Source of the DNA: a virus
Taxonomy: Duplodnaviria; Caudoviricetes
Direction: 5' to 3' (one strand)
Length of the DNA: 35,695 nt
IMG/VR virus record: IMGVR_UViG_3300020402_000116
Coordinates: 1-35,695 of that record
Positions 16,062 to 23,672 of the stretch are shown here, piece after piece (position 1 is the first letter of the stretch; every line of letters starts with the position of its first letter). The notes under the pieces were generated by a model that was given only the letters and a program-made list of their open reading frames with translations, had not been told where the DNA came from and ran no database searches. A program made the position numbers and the translations under genes.

Positions 16062-16969
16062 TATCTAATATCGTTTAAGAAGGTATCAATAATAGTTGAT
16101 GCATCATCACTTACTGATATACCCATGAAAGTTGCTAAGTCTGTCATTGTTGCAGAGTCTTTATCTAAAAGTTTATCTATTTCTAAAACATGCACTCTAT
16201 CATTTTTAACACCATCTATGTAAGTTGGATAACCTAAAGGATAATTTTTAACCGTGTTAGTGATTATTTCTACACTACCATCTGGTTTACCAATTGGGTC
16301 TTGAGCTGTGTACATTGTACAACCCAATAGTGATTGTGCTTGTGCTTTATTAGCTGCTTTTGTAGAGTCATCCCAACTTGAATTACATGCTTCTACTCTA
16401 GACCAATACGTATCAAAGTGTGGTGAATATACGTTGTGAAAATCTACAAATATAAATTTGTTATCTGTGCTGGCATCTCTTACTGTTTCGTATAAAGTTG
16501 TATCACCTTTTGGTGTCCAAATAGTAGAACCTTCATCACCCTCAACAGTAAAAGCAATTCCTTTTAATGCTGTTGCTGGAACTGGTTTACTTTCGTCACC
16601 TTCTGCCCAACCTGTTCCCCAACCTGGTCTTGCTGATGTTGAACCGTCCTCATTTGTTATTGGCACACCATATTCTAAGCTTTTTGTTTTTGTTGCAACA
16701 TCTGCCATAAATGCAGCGTTGTCTGAAAAAGCCTCTATTTGAGCTTTAGTCCAATTATTAAAAGGATAAACAAACCCAGTATTAGCTGATAGTTCATATT
16801 TTTTATATGGTGCAGTTTCAATTCTTTTTCCAAAAGGACCATAGACAGAGCTATATTGTGCATCAGAAATGTTATCAACTGCCATTTGTTTTAAAAATTC
16901 TCTATTTAAATAATATCTTAAAAAATCATCATAACAACAAGCGTTAGTTGATATAAAATAGTTTTTCAT
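16061..16969 (-). CDS. Hypothetical protein, paralogue-like of 14475-15113
   Basis: GGAG SD. N-terminal ISTNACCYDDFLRYY and C-terminal VLEIDKLLD...DLATFMG. Confidence 0.7.
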   Translation of the reverse strand: MKNYFISTNACCYDDFLRYYLNREFLKQMAVDNISDAQYSSVYGPFGKRIETAPYKKYELSANTGFVYPFNNWTKAQIEAFSDNAAFMADVATKTKSLEYGVPITNEDGSTSARPGWGTGWAEGDESKPVPATALKGIAFTVEGDEGSTIWTPKGDTTLYETVRDASTDNKFIFVDFHNVYSPHFDTYWSRVEACNSSWDDSTKAANKAQAQSLLGCTMYTAQDPIGKPDGSVEIITNTVKNYPLGYPTYIDGVKNDRVHVLEIDKLLDKDSATMTDLATFMGISVSDDASTIIDTFLNDIR

Positions 16970-16978
16970 TTTCTACTC

Positions 16979-17452
16979 CTACCATTTCCTTTTTGCTGAG
17001 CTTTTAATTGCACTCCAACCAAACAATCTTACCGCATAGTAAGCTGACCATTTTTTCCAACTTGCTACTTTAGGTTCTGCAGCTTCCATACCATGTAGGA
17101 AAACTGTATCAGCGATTGCTCTCATTGTTGCAAACTCTGTTTTTTTAACTTTTTTTCTTACGGCGTTTAATTTTTCATACATTACATCGTGACAAATAGC
17201 TGCTCTTGCAACATCAAATGGTGCAATAAAAGCCCAAGCTGCTCTTGGAACTGAAGCCATATCTGTAATATAACCTTTAGGTACAGTTAATGTATCCTTA
17301 TTCCATTTAAGATCAACTTTGTGTTTCTTAAATAAAGCAATCTCATTTTCAAATAAATCGGTTTTAAAAGTCAAAGACTTAGTAAGTTTCCACTTATTAG
17401 GTCTTTTAAATTGACTTGACATCAATCCGTTAAATTTACTCTTCTTTGCCAT
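16979..17452 (-). CDS. DUF1353 family protein
   Basis: TVPKGYITDMASVPR, AAICHDVMY, ADTVF, YYAVRLFG. Start probably MAKK at 17452. Confidence 0.85.
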   Translation of the reverse strand: MAKKSKFNGLMSSQFKRPNKWKLTKSLTFKTDLFENEIALFKKHKVDLKWNKDTLTVPKGYITDMASVPRAAWAFIAPFDVARAAICHDVMYEKLNAVRKKVKKTEFATMRAIADTVFLHGMEAAEPKVASWKKWSAYYAVRLFGWSAIKSSAKRKW

Positions 17453-17843
17453 CTTCTTCTTTACTCTCTTCCTCACCATTTGGTGAAACTGCTTTCTCAT
17501 AGTATAAAATCAACTTTTGATTTTGTTCTAAGTATCTTTTTATATCTGCCATATTGAGAGCCATCGCCTCATATCCTCTGACAGATATTGCATAGAATAC
17601 CCATTGTTCGCCGTGTTCTTTCTTGTATTTAGTAATAAATTCATCGAAGTTTGCCTCTGTTACCACATACCATTCAACATTTTGCATACTTAGGGGTTTA
17701 GGATGTGGTTGTAAAGGAATAACTTTCTCAATATATTCAGTCTTTACAACTGTTTTTGCAGGCATTTTAAACGTACTACAATTAGTTAGTAGTAGTGTTA
17801 CCAGTAAGAGACTCAAAACTTTCAAAAAGTTTTTTAGTTCCAT
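17436..17843 (-). CDS. Outer-membrane spanin (Rz1-like lipoprotein)
   Basis: Lipobox LTNC and Pro-rich segment. Overlaps the 3' end of the upstream TM/coiled-coil gene. Confidence 0.72.
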   Translation of the reverse strand: MELKNFLKVLSLLLVTLLLTNCSTFKMPAKTVVKTEYIEKVIPLQPHPKPLSMQNVEWYVVTEANFDEFITKYKKEHGEQWVFYAISVRGYEAMALNMADIKRYLEQNQKLILYYEKAVSPNGEEESKEEDGKEE

Positions 17844-18171
17844 TGTTTATCCTTTTTTCGATTAGACCAGGTTTTTTCAAAGATAATCTAGTCAAATCAT
17901 GTTTTTGTAATTTATTAATTAATTCGTCTTTATACTTAGTTGCCTCTGCCAACTCTAATTGCAACTCACCAGATAACTTACTCATCTTCTCGTTATCTGC
18001 TTGTAATTGATTTATAGTATTTTGATTAGTTTCTGCAACTAGCTCTAGTTTTGCGTTACTGTCTTGTAGAATTGCAATTTTATTTTGAGTGGTATCGTAG
18101 TAATATTTCGCACCAAAACCAATTGCACCTACGATACCAATTACTAATATTATGCCATATATTTTAAACAT
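17782..18171 (-). CDS. Inner-membrane spanin (Rz-like)
   Basis: N-terminal TM then a long coiled coil, overlapping a lipoprotein gene. Confidence 0.72.
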   Translation of the reverse strand: MFKIYGIILVIGIVGAIGFGAKYYYDTTQNKIAILQDSNAKLELVAETNQNTINQLQADNEKMSKLSGELQLELAEATKYKDELINKLQKHDLTRLSLKKPGLIEKRINNGTKKLFESFESLTGNTTTN

Positions 18172-18192
18172 TATCTCTCTCTAATTATATGA

Positions 18193-18354
18193 TTAGTCTT
18201 TTCTGTATATAGACCATGCTCCCCAAGCGATTGCCGCATAGGCAGCTATTTTTACAAGAGGACCTCCAAGAATTACTAATACGCCAAATGCTATTAAACT
18301 TGCACCTGACCATGAAGACATCTCTTTTGCTCTTTCTTTAATCCAATTAATCAT
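18193..18354 (-). CDS. Small 2-TM protein, holin candidate (53 aa)
   Basis: Not in track. AAGGAG SD; MINWIKERAKEMSSWSGASLIAFGVLVILGGPLVKIAAYAAIAWGAWSIYRKD*. Directly upstream of the spanin pair. Confidence 0.7.
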   Translation of the reverse strand: MINWIKERAKEMSSWSGASLIAFGVLVILGGPLVKIAAYAAIAWGAWSIYRKD

Positions 18355-18405
18355 ATTTTTTCTCCTTAATGTTTATTGTTAATATAAACCTAGGCATTGA
18401 GTAAG

Positions 18406-18412
18406 TATTTAG
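18406..18412 (-). promoter_or_regulatory. Late promoter variant (CTAAATA) upstream of the lysis-like cassette
   Basis: TAAATA core in an intergenic gap. Confidence 0.4.
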
Positions 18413-18426
18413 GAAATTTGTGGCGA

Positions 18427-18969
18427 TTATCTTGCCAATTTGAAAGCGGCTGATTGCATCTTTAAGAACTGACTTTTATCACCATTTACCATACGCTCAA
18501 TTTTTGCCTTGTTGCTTTTATTAACTTTATCATATACACCAATGATCGCTGATGCTGTCATTAGATCAACTTTCATTTGGCCATTACTAAATTTTATAGG
18601 CCTGTTTTGTTTCTTCTTAACTATCTGTCTTAACATGTTAATATTGTTTTCGACTAAATCTGATTCTCTATCAAATTCATCAAGCTTTGATAATAAACTT
18701 TCTTTTACAGCTGATTTTTTCAAAGCCTCTAATCTTTTTTCTCTTCTTAATCTTAATCTCTCTGCATGTATTTTGTATGCTTTTGTTCTTGCGTCAAGAA
18801 ACATTTTGTTGTCTTTCTTTTTCTTTTTAACAACAACAACTGAACTGTCATCACCTGTTCCAGCAACAGCTGGACCCGTAGCATTTGCTGGTGCGTCCTC
18901 AGTTCTATAATTAATACGTTCACCTGTATAAGGGTTTACTTCATCGTATATCTTTTTTTCTTTACGCAT
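18427..18969 (-). CDS. Basic modular protein, candidate internal head protein
   Basis: TE|DAPANATG segment. C-terminal module (NINMLRQIV...IKFSNGQMKVD) resembles the last module of ORF 23673-25601. Confidence 0.65.
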   Translation of the reverse strand: MRKEKKIYDEVNPYTGERINYRTEDAPANATGPAVAGTGDDSSVVVVKKKKKDNKMFLDARTKAYKIHAERLRLRREKRLEALKKSAVKESLLSKLDEFDRESDLVENNINMLRQIVKKKQNRPIKFSNGQMKVDLMTASAIIGVYDKVNKSNKAKIERMVNGDKSQFLKMQSAAFKLAR

Positions 18970-19576
18970 TTGTAATATCCTCTAGAGAAACATAAATTTT
19001 TTCTTTTGATTTCTCATGTATAACAGGAAAGATATCAACTCCTAGAATAGTGTCAACAGGTGCCTCGTCATCAAAGGCAATAACTTTATCACCTTTCTTA
19101 GCAGTTAACTCTTCCTCTTCTTTATTTAGTATATCTTGCTTGAGTATATATTCACCTTTAGGTAGTACTTCCCCAAATCCCACAACTTCCTCTGATATTT
19201 CACCATCTAATTCTACGTTATTTTCCTTTAAAAACTTAACAAATTCTTTTTCAAATACATCTGGGTCATCTACTGATTCTTTAAATGTATCTTTTAGTAG
19301 AAATAATGCAGCTGCATACGTACCAACTTTTGTACGTAGACCAGGAACTTTAGCAAATATTTTTTTGATGTTGAATACTAGTTTGTGTAGTATTGTATAT
19401 GAATTTTTTAGTTGTGAAGTAAGTAGATCAACAGCAACCTCATCTGAATTTTTTTTCTTAATTCTGTTACCATCTTTATCGATAATACCAAACTTATAAG
19501 CATCCGTTTTATTGAATGGTGTTGTAAGTAACTTTAAAAATCTGTATGTTACAAATAAGTCTATCGCTCTACCCAT
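18962..19576 (-). CDS. Conserved T4-like marine phage hypothetical protein
   Basis: YRFLKLLTTPF...AYKFGIIDKDG motif. Coupled ORF. Confidence 0.75.
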   Translation of the reverse strand: MGRAIDLFVTYRFLKLLTTPFNKTDAYKFGIIDKDGNRIKKKNSDEVAVDLLTSQLKNSYTILHKLVFNIKKIFAKVPGLRTKVGTYAAALFLLKDTFKESVDDPDVFEKEFVKFLKENNVELDGEISEEVVGFGEVLPKGEYILKQDILNKEEEELTAKKGDKVIAFDDEAPVDTILGVDIFPVIHEKSKEKIYVSLEDITNA

Positions 19577-19938
19577 TAAATCTTCCTTAGTTCTTCTAGA
19601 ACATATTCGTCATGTTCTACCTCTGTTAATTCATTCTCTTGTATCATATTTAGATATAATAAGAATGATTTAAGTACATGCCAATGTTCTCTTTCTATTT
19701 TATATAATAGAAGTGTTATACTGGCATCTGTACCAAATACGTTTTTTAATACTATGAAGTGATTTAATAATAGACGTTCTTTAAGGACTTTGGTATCGAC
19801 ATACTTTTTGAAAAGACGTTTGATGTACTTAAATCTCTTTAAGTCATCATGAAACTCCAACTCCCCCTCGCATTGTGGGTTGTTGTAGTGCTTGATTGCA
19901 AACATAATAACATTTTCCGAGGTAATCTTCTCGTACAT
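19576..19938 (-). CDS. Conserved T4-like marine phage hypothetical protein
   Basis: FAIKHYNNPQC...EFHDDLKRFKYIKRL...ERLLLNH motif. Confidence 0.8.
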   Translation of the reverse strand: MYEKITSENVIMFAIKHYNNPQCEGELEFHDDLKRFKYIKRLFKKYVDTKVLKERLLLNHFIVLKNVFGTDASITLLLYKIEREHWHVLKSFLLYLNMIQENELTEVEHDEYVLEELRKI

Positions 19939-19946
19939 AATGTTAG

Positions 19947-19954
19947 TATTTATG
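19947..19954 (-). promoter_or_regulatory. T4-type late promoter candidate (CATAAATA)
   Basis: NATAAATA 8 nt before the ATG at 19938. Confidence 0.5.
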
Positions 19955-20390
19955 CGATCTTAGCAGTAATCTTACAAGTATTATCCTCTTGCATCTCATA
20001 AGTAAAATTAATTTTTAATCCACCTTCTACTTTATGAGATATACCATCATCGTTAATAAATTCATCAAATGGTGTGTTTTCATCTTTTCCAAATCTTCCA
20101 CCAAATAACGTTAATGGTAATGAGAAATTTCCTTTATCGCCTTCCATGACTGGTGTAGCACCAAACTGTAAACCAACTCTAGTCATAAGTCTTTGTCTTA
20201 TGTGGTTAATTGCTTGTTCTGGTAGTTCATGTGTTTGTCTAGCTAATGCACCAACGTAAGCATTTAATGCTCTTACTACGTTAGGATTATCTAAAGCAGC
20301 CATGTTGTTACCATGAACACCATTAACATCTGGGCTTTGAACAGTAGAGTTAACACCGTCTTCGGATATGTATTTTTTAAATGACTTCAT
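19950..20390 (-). CDS. Hypothetical virion-associated protein with capsid-targeting-like N-terminus
   Basis: Starts MKSFKKYISE (compare T4 IPIII MKTYQEFIAE). Confidence 0.65.
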   Translation of the reverse strand: MKSFKKYISEDGVNSTVQSPDVNGVHGNNMAALDNPNVVRALNAYVGALARQTHELPEQAINHIRQRLMTRVGLQFGATPVMEGDKGNFSLPLTLFGGRFGKDENTPFDEFINDDGISHKVEGGLKINFTYEMQEDNTCKITAKIA

Positions 20391-20411
20391 TTATCTTTCC
20401 TTAATAATACC

Positions 20412-20430
20412 TGGGGCGATAAACGCCCCA
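20412..20430. other. GC-rich stem-loop (TGGGGCG-ATAAA-CGCCCCA) without a U-tract
   Basis: Perfect 7-bp inverted repeat in the intergenic gap after ORF 20446-20922. Confidence 0.7.
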
Positions 20431-20445
20431 AGTAAGTATTAAATA

Positions 20446-20922
20446 TTAGTCGTCTGATACCTCAGCAACACCAGTATTAGCAGCTGCAGCGTGAGAAGCA
20501 AGAACTACCCAAGCAGAACCAGTCCACATACATGTAAGTGTGTCACCAGCAGTAACAAAGTCTGCGTTAACAAATCCTAATGGAGTCGCAGGTGTCATCT
20601 CAGTTGAACCACCGTCTGTATCGTGAACGATGATTTTGATTTGACCAACTACTGTTCCGTTAGCAAGTGTAGTTGCGTTTGTACCAGCAGTTTGTAAAAG
20701 TGTCAAAGCTGTTGATACAGATATCGCAGTTTGCGTACCGTCAGAAATATCTTCTACTGAATTTGAAAATCCAATAAAAGATGGTAAGTTGTTTATGAAG
20801 TTAGTTACACTAACTTTTTTGTTAATCGGTGTACCACTTGGGTCATCGATTACGTGTAATAAGTCAGCACCAGCTATACCTGTTGAAAGGTCAGTTAACG
20901 CCGTTATCTTTTTATCTGCCAT
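20446..20922 (-). CDS. Virion structural protein (fibre/decoration-like)
   Basis: MADKKITALT...DLLHVID...NKKVSV N-terminus typical of fibre-associated proteins. Strong AAGGAGG SD. T/G/A-rich. Confidence 0.65.
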   Translation of the reverse strand: MADKKITALTDLSTGIAGADLLHVIDDPSGTPINKKVSVTNFINNLPSFIGFSNSVEDISDGTQTAISVSTALTLLQTAGTNATTLANGTVVGQIKIIVHDTDGGSTEMTPATPLGFVNADFVTAGDTLTCMWTGSAWVVLASHAAAANTGVAEVSDD

Positions 20923-20987
20923 TTTAGGCCTCCTTTATATTAACCCCGTATGTATTTGGGGAATGTTACTTGTAGCATTTACTACAA

Positions 20988-21281
20988 TCACTTAATAGCA
21001 GCTTTCTCTTTCGCCTTTTGGATTTCGATTTCTTCAGCAGTAGGGGCAGGACCTCCTAATGTGCCGTTGTCAATCGCACCACTTGACGTTTCTGTGCTAT
21101 CCTCATTATTAATTTCTTGTAGAAACATTTGACATTGTTGTTTTGCACCTTGTAGTGCGTTCAACAAAGCAATTGCTTCAATTTTTTTCTTATCAAGGTC
21201 TTGAATTTGGTCAGTAACTTTTTTTACGTCACCCTCCAATTTTTCAAGTCTTGCCTTTATTTTATCATCTTCAATTGACAT
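20988..21281 (-). CDS. Small coiled-coil protein
   Basis: Heptad pattern, LNALQGA, AAGGAG SD. Confidence 0.7.
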   Translation of the reverse strand: MSIEDDKIKARLEKLEGDVKKVTDQIQDLDKKKIEAIALLNALQGAKQQCQMFLQEINNEDSTETSSGAIDNGTLGGPAPTAEEIEIQKAKEKAAIK

Positions 21282-21313
21282 GATATATTCACTCCTTGTT
21301 TATAATTATAATC

Positions 21314-21321
21314 TATTTATG
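21314..21321 (-). promoter_or_regulatory. T4-type late promoter candidate (CATAAATA)
   Basis: NATAAATA in an intergenic gap. Confidence 0.55.
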
Positions 21322-21327
21322 CAACTA

Positions 21328-21951
21328 TTATGATGTTACTGTTTTACTTACACCAACTGTTCCAAATGCAAGCGAAGCTGCAGTTGAACCGTCTGCTGTA
21401 TCAACGATTGTACCTGAGTTCAATGCAATGTTTGAACCACCGACTGTTAATACGTCTGTATTACCAATACCACAAGATGTTTTTCTAAATCTTAGTGAGT
21501 TAGCAGTTGATTCTGAAGCAAGGTAAGTTAATGTTAAGTTACCGTAACCTCCGCCTGAAGCGTCATTGTTAGCAACAACAAGTGTTGGTGTACCACCTGA
21601 AGTATTAACCGTGACTTCCTCATCGTAAGTTACTTCTACATCTATTTGTGCGTTAGCATCATTAGCTGTAAAGTCAGTATTTGCTGTATTTCCAACAATA
21701 AATCTAACTGAAGATATTGTAGGTGCTTTCAAACCAGTAGTTGATGATGCACCTGATAAATCACCGATCGCAACCAAAACTTCTTCTTGAGCGTCTGCGT
21801 TATCGTTACCATTGGCAGCAGTTCCAGCTCTTCGCACCCAACCCATTTTGTTTGCGAAAACATCTTTTTTTGCGTAATCGGAGTTAGTATCAGTAGTCAG
21901 ATTTTTTGGTTTGTTATCAGTTGCGTCTGCGTCTGTTCCCCATAAACCCAT
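21328..21951 (-). CDS. Virion structural protein with Ig-like C-terminal domain (head/tail decoration-like)
   Basis: MGLWG start, GWV, EVLVAI, then VEVTYDEEVTV..GGTPTL Ig-like beta sandwich. Confidence 0.7.
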   Translation of the reverse strand: MGLWGTDADATDNKPKNLTTDTNSDYAKKDVFANKMGWVRRAGTAANGNDNADAQEEVLVAIGDLSGASSTTGLKAPTISSVRFIVGNTANTDFTANDANAQIDVEVTYDEEVTVNTSGGTPTLVVANNDASGGGYGNLTLTYLASESTANSLRFRKTSCGIGNTDVLTVGGSNIALNSGTIVDTADGSTAASLAFGTVGVSKTVTS

Positions 21952-21993
21952 TTGATTTCTCCTTTTTTACTTATTAGTAATTTTACTTTCTAT

Positions 21994-22001
21994 TATTTAT
22001 A
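21994..22001 (-). promoter_or_regulatory. T4 late promoter TATAAATA
   Basis: Exact consensus, intergenic, upstream of a structural gene. Confidence 0.8.
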
Positions 22002-22002
22002 A

Positions 22003-22512
22003 CTATTTAAACCCTAATTTTTTAAGTTCTTGTATAGTTTTGTTAGTGTTTGTGTGCAATATTCCTCGTCCACCAGCACTTTCCCACTCTTTTACGTTCT
22101 TTTCATAGTCATCAATCAATAGATTGTTACCCTTTGCAAAGTCCTTTTTTTGACTTCTAACAACTAAATGTATCTTCCCTCTAGGAACCTTAGTGTTTTT
22201 AGTCAACCACTTCATTTTTCCCACTCTAGAATTCTTATCTTTACCTGCGTAGGCAGACAAGATATGTGGGTCATATCTAGAACAAAATCTATATAACTGT
22301 TTACCCCCAGGCATCCATTCTAAGTCTGCCCAAAAGTTTTTAGTCTGATTTAATATCTTCCAACGCTTAGCAGAGTCCATAGTAGCAAAACTACCACCTA
22401 CTGCTTTGTCAGCGCCTTTGAGAAAATTACACAATACCTGGTCCATATCCAAGTAAATTGTAGGCAAATCCTCTTGCTCAGATATACCTTGCAACTCAAC
22501 CAGGTGTTTCAT
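22003..22512 (-). CDS. HAD-family 5'(3')-deoxyribonucleotidase-like phosphatase
   Basis: IYLDMDQVL (DxD), ILS, K..W, LLIDD...N...W...GG.GI. Confidence 0.85.
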   Translation of the reverse strand: MKHLVELQGISEQEDLPTIYLDMDQVLCNFLKGADKAVGGSFATMDSAKRWKILNQTKNFWADLEWMPGGKQLYRFCSRYDPHILSAYAGKDKNSRVGKMKWLTKNTKVPRGKIHLVVRSQKKDFAKGNNLLIDDYEKNVKEWESAGGRGILHTNTNKTIQELKKLGFK

Positions 22513-22516
22513 TGAA

Positions 22517-23668
22517 TTACACCTTAGGGTTTATTTCAACTTTAGTAACTGGTTTACCTGTATCAGTTTTAGAAGAAGATATTGGTCTTTTTATCTGTCT
22601 TTTAGCAGTATCAACTGGGCCCATAGGTTTTCTTGATTGATCTCTTTTTACAGTCTTAACACCTTGATTTGATGTTGGTGTATTTGCACCAAACATCTCA
22701 AAAGGATTGTTATTAGCTGATGTTTCCCAAACTTTTGCCAATGCTTCTCTCATAGAGTAGTTTTTATTCTGAATGATGTCTGCAACAGACTCCTCTTTTT
22801 GATTTGCCTTTAATCTTTTATCACCTTCAGCAACTCTTCTATTTTTACCACCCGCTTCAACATATTCTTTTTTCATCGAAGCTCTTGCTTTTTGTTCTCT
22901 TTCTCTTTGTTTCATCTTTTGCATTTGTGCTTTAGCTCTTGCAAGTCTGTCTTGGTCTGCTTTTCTTTTTTGCATCTTAGCTAATTTTGCTTGTGCAGCA
23001 TCTGCTCGACCAGCAGTTGAAAGTCTGTTAGCAACTTTTTTAACACCACCTACTGCAGCTTTACCAACTGCTTTAACTCCTCTACCTATCGCACCAAGAA
23101 TGCCTTCTAATTGAAGAAGGTCCTCATCTGATAAAGTATCTAAGTGTTCGAAGAATACCTCGTCAGACATTTCAAGAACTTCATCAAGAGATTTTTCTTC
23201 TTTTTTGATTGCTTTGGATATTGCTTGTCTTCTTTTATGTAAGTATTTGTCGGATGAATCCACATCGCCATCGTTATCAATGTCTTTGTCCTTTCTATCT
23301 GCAAATTTTTTCTTAATTGCTTTAGGTTGAACTTTGTCCATACCTTCACCATCGTCTGATTTGTCGTTAGTGTTGTCTTCTTTTTTATGCTTCTTGCTTG
23401 AGTTCATAACTTTTTTTGCTACCTCAGCGCCTGCGCCTGCAGCCGCAGCTCTAGCAATACCTGCTATAGCAGGTGCTATTTCTTTAACTTTACTATATGC
23501 TTCTGTTTCGTATTGTTTTCCATTTACCGAAAAGAATTTTTTGCCTGCATCTCTAGCAGCCATTAGTGCTTTTGTAAACTTGTTACCTTCTTTGGCAACA
23601 GTTTCGCCGAAAATCTGTTTAATCTTTTCTTCGAGACTTTCAGCTTTTGTATCAAAATATTTACTCAT
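22517..23668 (-). CDS. Lys/Ala-rich modular protein, candidate internal head/core protein
   Basis: Short modules separated by L/I/V-x-E sites. EF-hand-like DIDNDGDVDSSD. Confidence 0.65.
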   Translation of the reverse strand: MSKYFDTKAESLEEKIKQIFGETVAKEGNKFTKALMAARDAGKKFFSVNGKQYETEAYSKVKEIAPAIAGIARAAAAGAGAEVAKKVMNSSKKHKKEDNTNDKSDDGEGMDKVQPKAIKKKFADRKDKDIDNDGDVDSSDKYLHKRRQAISKAIKKEEKSLDEVLEMSDEVFFEHLDTLSDEDLLQLEGILGAIGRGVKAVGKAAVGGVKKVANRLSTAGRADAAQAKLAKMQKRKADQDRLARAKAQMQKMKQREREQKARASMKKEYVEAGGKNRRVAEGDKRLKANQKEESVADIIQNKNYSMREALAKVWETSANNNPFEMFGANTPTSNQGVKTVKRDQSRKPMGPVDTAKRQIKRPISSSKTDTGKPVTKVEINPKV

Positions 23669-23672
23669 TTTT

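Noticed and set aside
20412-20430. Rho-independent terminator
   Set aside because: Good stem but no U-tract on either strand, so reported only as a stem-loop.
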